From positions 14,681 through 78,680 of the forward strand of contig JAFUTV010000011.1 of assembly GCA_017484125.1 (NCBI GenBank): a DNA stretch of 64,000 nt. Direction: 5' to 3'. The stretch comes from Bacilli bacterium. Its GTDB lineage: Bacteria; Bacillota_I; Bacilli_A; RF39; UBA660. Numbering within the stretch: position 1 is the stretch's first letter; each line of letters opens with the position of its first letter. The position numbers and the translations under genes were made by a program. Positions 34,896-43,580 of the stretch are shown in pieces. The notes beneath the pieces are model-generated. The model was given only the letters and a program-made list of their open reading frames with translations, had not been told where the DNA came from and ran no database searches.

Positions 34896-36065
34896 ATGTT
34901 TGTGAAAAAGCATATTCAAAAAATGGATTTACTTCTTTTACTTTCATCTATTATTTTAACGATAATAGGTGTGGTTGCTATTTATTCCGCATCATCTGTT
35001 GTAACAGTTTTATCTCAAGGTGTTGCATCAAATTATTATTTAAAAAAACAAGTATTAATTGTTTTAGCTGCATCAGCATTTTCTACTTTGTTTATTTTAT
35101 TATTTAAATATCGATTGTATAAAAATAAATTAATAATATATTTTTTAACGATATTTATTATAGTTTCTTTGATAGGATTAAAATATTATGGAATGGTAGT
35201 TAATGGTTCTCGAAGCTGGTATGATTTGGGATTATTTAGTTTTCAGCCATCAGAATTTGCTAAGACAATATTAATTCTTTTTATGGCATATTATTATGAA
35301 AGATTAATAAAAATAAAAGAATATAGATGGTATTTATATTTTATTCCATTTCTTGTAGCGATAATAATGGCATTTTTGATATTTAAACAACCAGATTTAG
35401 GCGGAGCTATTATTATTGCTTTACTTGTGCTATTAACATTTGTTAGTGTTCCAATTAATAAATTTGTTAAAAAGAAGTGTAGTTCAATAATATGGATTAC
35501 TATTGTCATTGGTTTAGTATTAGTTGCTTTGGTTGGTCCAAAGTTAATATCTGAATATCAAAGAAATAGACTTAACTTTTTAGCACCATGTACAAGGTAT
35601 ACTGAGCCAACAGGATATCAAGTTTGTAATAGTGAAATAGCTATAAAAAATGGAGGATTAACAGGCCTTGGTTTTGGTAACTCAACTCAAAAGTATTTGT
35701 ATTTACCAGAGGCTCACACTGATTTTATTTTCCCAATTATATGTGAAGAAATGGGTATAATTGGTGGAATAATTGTTTTATTACTATATATAGCAATGCT
35801 TTATTCAATTCTTAGAATTGCTAAAGGAGCATCTAAAGTAAGTGATTCAATTATTGCATATGGAACATTCATTTATTTAACTATACATATATTAATTAAC
35901 TTACTTGGAGTATTAGCATTAATGCCTCTTACTGGAGTACCTCTACCATTGCTTAGTTATGGAGGATCATTTAATATTAATGTGATTGTTTTATTATTTG
36001 TTTGTCAAAGAATTGCTATTGATTCTAAAAATGCAAAAATAACTGAAAAAATAAAAAAATTATAA
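34896..36065 (+). CDS. SEDS-family peptidoglycan polymerase (RodA/FtsW-like), second copy
   Basis: QPSEFAKT, PEAHTDFIFPIICEEMG and LPLLSYGGS motifs are present. Confidence 0.9.
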   Translation: MFVKKHIQKMDLLLLLSSIILTIIGVVAIYSASSVVTVLSQGVASNYYLKKQVLIVLAASAFSTLFILLFKYRLYKNKLIIYFLTIFIIVSLIGLKYYGMVVNGSRSWYDLGLFSFQPSEFAKTILILFMAYYYERLIKIKEYRWYLYFIPFLVAIIMAFLIFKQPDLGGAIIIALLVLLTFVSVPINKFVKKKCSSIIWITIVIGLVLVALVGPKLISEYQRNRLNFLAPCTRYTEPTGYQVCNSEIAIKNGGLTGLGFGNSTQKYLYLPEAHTDFIFPIICEEMGIIGGIIVLLLYIAMLYSILRIAKGASKVSDSIIAYGTFIYLTIHILINLLGVLALMPLTGVPLPLLSYGGSFNINVIVLLFVCQRIAIDSKNAKITEKIKKL

Positions 36066-36093
36066 AATACAAATATATTATTTGTATTTTTTT
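36065..36093 (+). terminator. Rho-independent terminator
   Basis: AAATACAAATA / TATTTGTATTT stem followed by a T run. Confidence 0.65.
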
Positions 36094-36138
36094 AATAAAT
36101 AATAAATTAATTCATATAATTATTTAGGAGATGATTAT

Positions 36139-36792
36139 ATGAAAAGTGTTATTCCTTATGAAAAGGATATAAAATTTGATACTAAAATTGCAGAGATAAC
36201 TTCAATATCATTAGAGCATGAAGAACAATTAAATAATGGTGAAATTGATGGAACTTTTATCATATCAGGAGATTATAAGGCACATTTAATTAGTGTTAAT
36301 AAAGAAAATTTTACATATAAAATACCTTTTACTATTGAATTAACTGATAATATTGATAAAGATTCAGTTATAGTAGATATCAATGATTTTACATACGATA
36401 TTAAAGATAATGATACTTTAACTGTTAAAATAGAATTATTATTTTCTTATGAAGAAATAATAAAAGAAGATATTATTGAAAATAAAGAAGAAGAAAGTGT
36501 TGATGATAATATTTTGAAAGAACAAAGAAATGAAGAATTAGACAAAGAAATTGATGCAATAATAAATAACAATGAAGAAAAAAATGTTGAAAGTTCTATA
36601 ATTGATAATTCTATAACTACTACTGATAATACGTATGTAACTTATCATGTATATATTGTTACTAAAGAAGATACAATTGATTTAATTTGTCAAAAGTTTA
36701 AAGTATCTAAAGAATTACTTCATGAATATAATGATTTTGATGAAATAAAAATTGGAGATAAACTATTAATACCTATTGAAGAAGATGAATAA
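36139..36792 (+). CDS. spoVID: SpoVID/SipL-like spore coat morphogenetic protein (N-terminal DUF3794-like region + C-terminal LysM)
   Basis: IPYEKDIKFDTKIAEITSISLEHE...GEIDGTFIISGDYK, an acidic middle region, and a LysM at the C-terminus (YHVYIVTKEDTIDLICQKFKVSKELLHEYND...IKIGDKLLIP). It is followed by a ysxE-like gene, as in B. subtilis. Confidence 0.65.
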   Translation: MKSVIPYEKDIKFDTKIAEITSISLEHEEQLNNGEIDGTFIISGDYKAHLISVNKENFTYKIPFTIELTDNIDKDSVIVDINDFTYDIKDNDTLTVKIELLFSYEEIIKEDIIENKEEESVDDNILKEQRNEELDKEIDAIINNNEEKNVESSIIDNSITTTDNTYVTYHVYIVTKEDTIDLICQKFKVSKELLHEYNDFDEIKIGDKLLIPIEEDE

Positions 36793-37681
36793 GTCTTTAG
36801 AAACAATAAAGGAAATATATAAACCATATCGCTATACCTTAAAGGGAAGTGCAACTATATTAGAAACCACCAGTGTTAATTATGTAATAAAAGAAAGTAA
36901 TAATAATTTAAGAGAATTATTTTCTTATCTTAAATCTAGAAGTTTTGACAATTATCCAGAAATAGTAGATGATTCTAGAAAAGGAATTGATGTTTTCAAA
37001 TACATTGATGATATATCTTATCCAAATGAACAAAGAGCTAATGATTTAATAAATTTAATAGCAAAACTACACTATAAAACATCTTTTTATAAAGATGTTA
37101 CAGAAGATAATTTTAAAGAAGTCTATGATAATATAAAAAGTAATATTGATTATTTAAATGAAATATATGATAAGTATTACGACGATTTTTTTAAATCTAT
37201 ATATTTATCACCATCAAAATATTTATTTATGAATAATTATAGTAAAATAAAAGCTAATTTAAATTTTTGCCAGAATGAATTAGATAATTGGTACTCATTA
37301 GTTAAGAAATTAAAAAAAACTAGAGTTGCGGTTATTCATAATAATTTATCACTTGATCATTTTTTAAAAGATACTAAAGATTATTTGATTAGCTGGAATA
37401 AATCTACAATAGATATACCTATAATTGATATAATAAAGTTTTATAAAAAAGAATATTTTAATATAAATTTTGATAATTTAATAAAAAATTATTTAAATAT
37501 ATACTCCCTATCTGATGATGAAAAAAAATTATTTTTTGTTCTTATTTCTCTTCCAAATGAAATTAAATTTGATGAAAATGAATTTTTATCTTCCATAAAA
37601 GTAAGAGAAAATTTAGATTATATTTTTAAAACTGAAAATTTAATAAGGCCATATTATCTTGAAAATCAAAAAGAAGAATAG
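36785..37681 (+). CDS. ysxE: CotS/YsxE-family kinase-fold spore coat protein, catalytic residues apparently replaced
   Basis: Position directly after spoVID. The kinase-like region reads VIHNNLSLDHFL where the family has HxDxxxxN. Confidence 0.5.
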   Translation: MNKSLETIKEIYKPYRYTLKGSATILETTSVNYVIKESNNNLRELFSYLKSRSFDNYPEIVDDSRKGIDVFKYIDDISYPNEQRANDLINLIAKLHYKTSFYKDVTEDNFKEVYDNIKSNIDYLNEIYDKYYDDFFKSIYLSPSKYLFMNNYSKIKANLNFCQNELDNWYSLVKKLKKTRVAVIHNNLSLDHFLKDTKDYLISWNKSTIDIPIIDIIKFYKKEYFNINFDNLIKNYLNIYSLSDDEKKLFFVLISLPNEIKFDENEFLSSIKVRENLDYIFKTENLIRPYYLENQKEE

Positions 37682-37825
37682 TGCGATTTCTATAAGTAAA
37701 AAAAATATATGCGTTCTAAATGGTAAAATTAGAGTTATTATAGTTTGATAAAATATTAATATTGCTAAAAAAAATAGACACAAAAAATATATAAATCCTG
37801 GAGTTTTAGGTTTTTTTGGACACAT
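37640..37825 (-). CDS. Possible small two-TM membrane protein (61 aa)
   Basis: AGGTGA RBS 7 nt before ATG 37825 on the minus strand. The product is hydrophobic. It overlaps the ysxE 3' end by 42 nt, and it could be spurious. Confidence 0.3.
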   Translation of the reverse strand: MCPKKPKTPGFIYFLCLFFLAILIFYQTIITLILPFRTHIFFLLIEIALFFFLIFKIIWPY

Positions 37826-37920
37826 AAATTATCACCTATAATATTTTATGTAAATATTAAAAATATTCTTTATCTTTTTATTAATATTTGATATTATTAT
37901 TAGGATAAGAAGGGCAAAAT

Positions 37921-38418
37921 ATGAAAATATTGAATAGATCAATTATTAGATATACAATTTCTTTAATAATATTTATCGGTGTTTTAATTGGATTAACAGT
38001 ATTTATAACTATAAAAATTATTGAAGATAATATTCATAAAACTTATCAAGATAATGGTTTTATAATTGATATTAATCCAAAAATTAATAAAAAATTAGAT
38101 AAACAATTAGATATTGACGGTATTTATTCTCCATTTAATATTATTAATTTAACTAATAATGGTAAAAAAAGAAAATATCAAATAGTATTAACTCCAATAA
38201 ATAATAGTGATGCTAATATAAGAGTATCAGTAAATAATGTATTAATAAGATATTTAAATAATTTTGATAAAGTTGATGATGGCTATTTGTTATATGAAAA
38301 TTATTTAAATGAACATTATAGTATTTCACATCAAATAAGAGTATGGCAATCAATTAATAGTGTAGTGGATAATATTACAGTCAATTTTAATTTAAAAGTA
38401 AATATTTTAGATGAATAA
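37921..38418 (+). CDS. N-terminally anchored secreted protein of unknown function, upstream of a pseudopilin gene
   Basis: One TM helix and then a beta-rich domain (FNIINLTNNGKKRKYQIVLTP), the same architecture as ORF 24548-25045. Confidence 0.55.
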   Translation: MKILNRSIIRYTISLIIFIGVLIGLTVFITIKIIEDNIHKTYQDNGFIIDINPKINKKLDKQLDIDGIYSPFNIINLTNNGKKRKYQIVLTPINNSDANIRVSVNNVLIRYLNNFDKVDDGYLLYENYLNEHYSISHQIRVWQSINSVVDNITVNFNLKVNILDE

Positions 38419-38495
38419 ATATACCATTCATCTTTTTTTTATGGTATTATTATAATAGATAGATATAAAAAGTAAGATGATAAAGGGTGATAGTC

Positions 38496-39053
38496 ATGAA
38501 TAAAGTAAGTAAAGGAACTACTTTAGTAGAAATAATGGTTAGTGTCATGTTAATTGCTGTAGTACTAGTTTTTATATTTAATATTTTAGTTGATTTAAAA
38601 GCTGAAAAAGAACTATCTACTAAAAGAAGCGAAGATGCTATTGAAAGAGCTTCATATACTAGGATAATTCAAAATGACTTTATTAATTATGGCTTAAAAA
38701 AAATTAGTAGTTGTACAAGTGGATTAATTTGTTATGATTTTGAATACAACAATGACTTAAAAAAAAGATTAGTAATATTTGATACTTATGTTGTTTATGA
38801 TGATGAAAAGTGGGTAATATCAACTGGAACTTATAAGAAAAATGCCGCTAAATTTTGTTATACAAATGTATTTGATAATAGTAAAATAACTACAGAAATG
38901 AAAAATGATAGTACAGTTAAGAATTACCATGTTTTAAAATTGATAGTACCAGTAACAAAAAATATTTCATCCAATAGAAAATATGATATAGAATTAACTA
39001 ATATTAGTGAAAGTCCAGTTGAAATTTCTGGCATAACAATAAAATGTGATTAA
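38496..39053 (+). CDS. Prepilin-type N-terminal cleavage/methylation domain protein (pseudopilin)
   Basis: MNKVSKG|TTLVEIMVSVMLIAVVLVFIF has Gly at -1, Glu at +5 and a hydrophobic helix. AAGGGTGA RBS precedes ATG 38496. Confidence 0.7.
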   Translation: MNKVSKGTTLVEIMVSVMLIAVVLVFIFNILVDLKAEKELSTKRSEDAIERASYTRIIQNDFINYGLKKISSCTSGLICYDFEYNNDLKKRLVIFDTYVVYDDEKWVISTGTYKKNAAKFCYTNVFDNSKITTEMKNDSTVKNYHVLKLIVPVTKNISSNRKYDIELTNISESPVEISGITIKCD

Positions 39054-39878
39054 AAGAATTAAAGCAATTATTACCTGCATTATTCTTCCATTTAAAAAAT
39101 ATTTGTAATCAATATTAGAATTTTGTAAAATACTGTTTACTTGCGTATGAATAGAAAGACCACCAAATGAAATGTATATTACTGATAAAATTAATTTATA
39201 TAAAGTATTTGAATTACTATTAACTAAATAATTTAATCCTTGTGTAACTTCAATTATTCCAATAAAATTACTAAATATTTTTGGTAATAAACTAATAATA
39301 ATATTAAATATAATAATGGTTATATAAATATTTATCATTACATTACATGATTCTTTAATACTGGTAATTAATATATCATTAAAAGATTTTGACTTTATTT
39401 TAATAATATTATTTTTTTTGATTGGATTTATAATAAAAATAATAACATTAGTAATTAGCTCAATTACTATTATGGTAATAGCTATATCATTATTAAATAT
39501 CGTTTTTAGCATTGTATATAAAAATAAGGGACTCTGAAAAAAAGATGATTTCAAATAAATATTAGCTTCTTTAATAGTTATTACATTATTCTTTAATAAA
39601 TCTTTTATAGTTATAACATTATTTGGACATCCAGATATAAATGATATTAATAATATATAAATATAAATATTATTTTTAAATATAGATGAAATATAATAAG
39701 CAAAATTATAATTAATTAATATTTTGGATATTATAAATATAGGTAATAAAAAAGGTAATACTTTACTTAAAAATAGATATGAAGAAGATATAGTAGTGAT
39801 ACTAATTATATTATTATATTTAAATAAGAGGTATATTATCATAAATAATATTGTAATAATTAATATATTTTTTTTCAT
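38994..39878 (-). CDS. ylbJ: YlbJ-like sporulation integral membrane protein (nucleoside-recognition/Gate-domain type)
   Basis: Polytopic membrane protein with LSKVLPFLLPIFIISKIL near the N-terminus, divergent from ylbL as in B. subtilis. Confidence 0.5.
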   Translation of the reverse strand: MKKNILIITILFMIIYLLFKYNNIISITTISSSYLFLSKVLPFLLPIFIISKILINYNFAYYISSIFKNNIYIYILLISFISGCPNNVITIKDLLKNNVITIKEANIYLKSSFFQSPLFLYTMLKTIFNNDIAITIIVIELITNVIIFIINPIKKNNIIKIKSKSFNDILITSIKESCNVMINIYITIIIFNIIISLLPKIFSNFIGIIEVTQGLNYLVNSNSNTLYKLILSVIYISFGGLSIHTQVNSILQNSNIDYKYFLNGRIMQVIIALILLITFYCYARNFNWTFTNIS

Positions 39879-39921
39879 TATTCATCTTCTTTTCTGATAT
39901 AATATTAAAAGGAGGATACAC

Positions 39922-40926
39922 ATGTATAATAAAGTATATGACAAAATAAAAAAATACATTAAAGAAAATCTATGGTTTGTTATTAGTTTAATAGCTATTA
40001 TTTTATTATTTACTATAGAACTTCCTTATCAAGTTGAAACACCTGGTGGTTTTATATCATTAAATGATCGAATAAAAGTTGAAGGTCAAGAAACTACTTC
40101 TGGAGAATTTGGCATGGCTTATGTATCTATGATTAAAGGAAATATTCCATTTATTTTATTTAGTTATATAAATAATGATTGGGATGTAATAAAAAAGGAT
40201 AAGCTTACATATGATAATGAATCACTAAAAGAAATGACTTTAAGAGAAAGATTAAATTTAAATGAAGCAATTTCAAATGCTACAATATCTGCTTATAATT
40301 TAGCAGGTAAAGATGTAAAAATAAAAAAACAAATGATTTGTGTTGCATATAATGATAATGAAAATTCTGACTTAAAAGTTGGAGATATCATATTAAAAAT
40401 AAATGATGTTAGTATTAATACTTTAAAGGATATTCAAGACTATATTCAAACTTTAGATATCAATGATATAGTAAATGTAAATGTTTTAAGAGATAACAAA
40501 GAAATAACTGTTACTTCTACATTAAAAGAATATGAAAATTCTAAAAAAATGGGTGTTTCAATTATTTATAATTATGAACTTGAAACTAACCCTAATATAG
40601 AAATAAATAGTAAGTCAAATGAATCAGGTCCTTCTGGTGGACTTATGATGGCACTTGGTATATATGATAAATTAACATCTTCAAATTTAACAAAAGGGGA
40701 TAAAATTATTGGTACAGGAACAATTGATAATGAAGGTAATGTTGGTGAAATAGGTGGGGTAAAATATAAATTAATTGGTGCAGTAAAATCGCGTGCTAAA
40801 ATATTTTTATGTCCAAAAGAAAATTATGAAGAAGCTATAACTATAGCTAAAGAAAGAAATTATGATATAATTATAAAGAGTGTAGAAACATTAAGTGATG
40901 CAATAAATTATTTAAAAGGAAGGTAA
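39922..40926 (+). CDS. ylbL: YlbL/SepM-family membrane protease (PDZ + Lon-type S16 domain)
   Basis: N-terminal TM, PDZ domain (GDIILKINDVSINTLKDIQDYI), and Lon catalytic region SGPSGGLMMALGIYDKLT ... GTGTIDNEGNVGEIGGVKYK. Confidence 0.85.
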   Translation: MYNKVYDKIKKYIKENLWFVISLIAIILLFTIELPYQVETPGGFISLNDRIKVEGQETTSGEFGMAYVSMIKGNIPFILFSYINNDWDVIKKDKLTYDNESLKEMTLRERLNLNEAISNATISAYNLAGKDVKIKKQMICVAYNDNENSDLKVGDIILKINDVSINTLKDIQDYIQTLDINDIVNVNVLRDNKEITVTSTLKEYENSKKMGVSIIYNYELETNPNIEINSKSNESGPSGGLMMALGIYDKLTSSNLTKGDKIIGTGTIDNEGNVGEIGGVKYKLIGAVKSRAKIFLCPKENYEEAITIAKERNYDIIIKSVETLSDAINYLKGR

Positions 40927-40928
40927 TT

Positions 40929-41510
40929 ATGACTTATTATAGTAGCGATATAAAAAAGGATTTAACACATTTAGAAAAATGTAAATATTTTGATGAATGG
41001 TTAGATATTGTAAAGGAAATACTATTAAATGATGAATTTCAAAAAAGAAAGTATTTCCGTCATCATAAAGGAAGATTATGGGATCATGTAACAGAAGTAT
41101 CTTATTATTCTTTTTTAATGGCAAAAGTTCATCATGCAGATTCTAAAGTTTGTGCAATTGCAGGATTATTACACGATTTTTATCCAAAAGCCTATAAATA
41201 TAGTAAAGAACTTGATGAAATTGATCATGATTATGTAACAGATGTTAAAAAGAAACAATCAATTTTTAAAATGCACGGATTTTCTCATGCTGAAGCTGCA
41301 GCAATTAATTCTAAAAAATATTTTCCAAATTTAGTGGATGATAAAATATTTAGTATTATAAAAACACATATGTTTCCATTAAATATTAGTAAGATTCCTA
41401 AATATAAAGAAGGATGGATAGTTACATATGTTGATAAAAAATTAAGCATTGGTCTTATTAATAAAATAAGATATATGATTGATAAAGATAAAAAAACAGT
41501 TGATTATTAA
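40929..41510 (+). CDS. HD-domain phosphohydrolase
   Basis: RHHKGRLWDHVTEVSYYS ... AGLLHDF ... KTHMFP carries the HD-superfamily His/Asp pattern. Confidence 0.6.
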   Translation: MTYYSSDIKKDLTHLEKCKYFDEWLDIVKEILLNDEFQKRKYFRHHKGRLWDHVTEVSYYSFLMAKVHHADSKVCAIAGLLHDFYPKAYKYSKELDEIDHDYVTDVKKKQSIFKMHGFSHAEAAAINSKKYFPNLVDDKIFSIIKTHMFPLNISKIPKYKEGWIVTYVDKKLSIGLINKIRYMIDKDKKTVDY

Positions 41511-41540
41511 TCAATTGTTTTTTTATTGATTTTATTAAAA

Positions 41541-41570
41541 TAAAAAAACACACTATAATTGTGTGTTTTA
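41541..41570 (-). terminator. Terminator of the tRNA pair (the hairpin is also usable on the + strand)
   Basis: AAACACAC / GTGTGTTT stem. On the minus strand it is followed by T7, directly after the tRNA-Leu 3' end. Confidence 0.7.
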
Positions 41571-41579
41571 TAACCAAAG

Positions 41580-41665
41580 TGGTGCGGGTAAAGGGACTTG
41601 AACCCCCACGGATTTCTCCACTAGATCCTAAGTCTAGCGCGTCTACCAATTCCGCCATACCCGCA
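41580..41665 (-). tRNA. tRNA-Leu (anticodon TAG), CCA encoded
   Basis: The reverse complement GCGGGTATGGCGGAATTGGTAGACGCGCTAGACTTAGGATCTAGTGGAGAAATCCGTGGGGGTTCAAGTCCCTTTACCCGCACCA folds as a class II tRNA with a long variable arm and anticodon loop CTTAGGA. Confidence 0.9.
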
Positions 41666-41672
41666 AATCAAA

Positions 41673-41749
41673 TGGTGGACCCTGTAGGACTCGAACCTAC
41701 GACCGCCCGGTTATGAGCCGGATGCTCTAACCAACTGAGCTAAGGGTCC
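41673..41749 (-). tRNA. tRNA with CAT anticodon (Met, or Ile2 after lysidine modification), CCA encoded
   Basis: The reverse complement is GGACCCTTAGCTCAGTTGGTTAGAGCATCCGGCTCATAACCGGGCGGTCGTAGGTTCGAGTCCTACAGGGTCCACCA. The acceptor and D-arm resemble E. coli ileX, so Ile2 is plausible. Confidence 0.9.
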
Positions 41750-41771
41750 ATTAATTCATCTGACATACAAA

Positions 41772-41800
41772 ATAATACCACAATAAATTGTTTTAGGCAA
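41772..41800 (-). promoter_or_regulatory. Sigma-A type promoter for the tRNA pair
   Basis: Minus strand reads TTGCCT, 17 nt, then TATTAT, with an upstream TGg extended -10. It lies about 20 nt upstream of the tRNA 5' end. Confidence 0.5.
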
Positions 41801-41882
41801 TATTTTTTAAAAAAAAATAAATAAAAAAAGGAAATTAGATATTTATCTATAATAATATAATTAGAGGGATTTCAAAGGAGGT

Positions 41883-43580
41883 ATGATGAAAAAATATTTA
41901 TATTTGGTTATGATCTTATTTTTTATGATAATTTTTATGCAAAGTGTTAGTGCAGAAAATTTTAGTAGGGAATCTATTCCTGATATATATTATAAGATAA
42001 ATTTTGATGATAAAGAGAAAATAATTCAGGCTGCTTTTATTAAAGATAGTAATAATAACATATTTTATAGTATTAATCCATTTGATGAACTTGGATTTAA
42101 TTATGTTAAATATTTTAATAATTACGACTTATTAGGGTTACATCAGGAAACATTTGAATATATAAATGCTTTAGCTTATTATGGATATAATTATGGGTCT
42201 AGAACTAAAGATATAGATTATGTTATAACACAGTTATTAATATGGAAAAATATTTTTCCTAACGCTAAAATAGTATTAACCAGTTCTATTGATGGTGAAG
42301 AAATAACAACATATAACAGTAAAATTAAAAGTGTAAATAGAGCTGTAGAAAGATATATTCCTATTTCTAAAGAACATACTATTGAAGTTAATTCTTCAAG
42401 GCCTTTATTTATAAAATATTTATTAGATTATGAAGAAGTATTAACTGATGGCTTAGAAATCGATGAAGGAGGTAGAATAAATTTAGTAGAAAAGTTTAAT
42501 AATACAAAAACATATCAAATTGCTCAAGGATACGAAAATAGTATGGAATTCTACTTATCAAACAATTACGTATCTTTATTTAGAGCAATAAATTTACCAA
42601 GAATAATTAATAATTATAATATAATTTCTTTATCTAGTAGATTAAATATTAATTTTAACAATATAAATGATTATAAAGAAGATGTGTTATTTGAAAATGT
42701 ATATGGTATTTATAATAACAACAATGAATTAATAGAAAAAATAGTAATAACAGATAATAATTATTCTATAGATTTAGATTATGGTAATTATTATCTTAAA
42801 CAAATTGAATGTGGTTTAAATTGTAAGGAAGATTTAAATATTTATGAATTTGAAATTAATGGTGAAGAACTAAATTTATCAATTAATATAGAAAATGATC
42901 AATTAATTGATGAAACTATTGATAATAATATAAATAGTATTAAAACTAATAATTTGGATAAAGAAGATACTATTTATAATCCAAATAATGAAATTGCCAA
43001 AGAAACCAATATCAAAGAAATCATAACTAATAAAGTAGTAAAACAAGGCGAACAAAAAGAATTAAAAGAAAACAAGAAGATTGAAAAAATAAAACCAATA
43101 GTACCAAAATATGATATTAATATTTATGTAAGTGATATTAATGGTAAAAATATAAAAGATTCTAAAATTTGCTTATATAATTCTAATAAAGAATTAATAA
43201 GATGTGGTAATACAAATAAATATGGAAAAGTATTGTTTAAAAACAATAATTCCGAGGTATATTATTTAAAACAAGAAAATGTCTCTAATAATTATAAATT
43301 AAATAAAGTCGTTGAAAAAATTAATTTATTAGAAAATAAAAGTATCTATTTAATTAATTATTTAAAAGAGAATAAAAATAAATACTTTAAAAAGAAAGAA
43401 TCAAATTCATTAATAGTTCCATTATTAAATGAGGAGAAAATAGATGATTTTAAAATTAATGATAATCAAATACCAGTATTAGATACTAATATAGAAGATA
43501 TTAATACTACTTCTTTTATAATTACAGTTCTATTTATGATTATTGTTATTACTAAATATTATGTCAAAAAAAATAATTAA
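41883..43580 (+). CDS. Secreted adhesin-like protein: thioester-domain-like N-terminus (Cys position is Ser), SpaA/CnaB-like beta domains and a C-terminal TM + basic tail
   Basis: Signal peptide ending SVSA|EN. YSIN (S63) and LAYYGYNYG...ITQLLIW (Q117). YGKVLFKNNNSEVYYLKQENVSNNYKLN is prealbumin-like. The tail reads TSFIITVLFMIIVITKYYVKKNN. Confidence 0.55.
   Translation: MMKKYLYLVMILFFMIIFMQSVSAENFSRESIPDIYYKINFDDKEKIIQAAFIKDSNNNIFYSINPFDELGFNYVKYFNNYDLLGLHQETFEYINALAYYGYNYGSRTKDIDYVITQLLIWKNIFPNAKIVLTSSIDGEEITTYNSKIKSVNRAVERYIPISKEHTIEVNSSRPLFIKYLLDYEEVLTDGLEIDEGGRINLVEKFNNTKTYQIAQGYENSMEFYLSNNYVSLFRAINLPRIINNYNIISLSSRLNINFNNINDYKEDVLFENVYGIYNNNNELIEKIVITDNNYSIDLDYGNYYLKQIECGLNCKEDLNIYEFEINGEELNLSINIENDQLIDETIDNNINSIKTNNLDKEDTIYNPNNEIAKETNIKEIITNKVVKQGEQKELKENKKIEKIKPIVPKYDINIYVSDINGKNIKDSKICLYNSNKELIRCGNTNKYGKVLFKNNNSEVYYLKQENVSNNYKLNKVVEKINLLENKSIYLINYLKENKNKYFKKKESNSLIVPLLNEEKIDDFKINDNQIPVLDTNIEDINTTSFIITVLFMIIVITKYYVKKNN

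Noticed and set aside
41458-41658. A 66-aa minus-strand ORF.
   Set aside because: It runs through tRNA-Leu (41580-41665) and the terminator hairpin. The tRNA explains this sequence.
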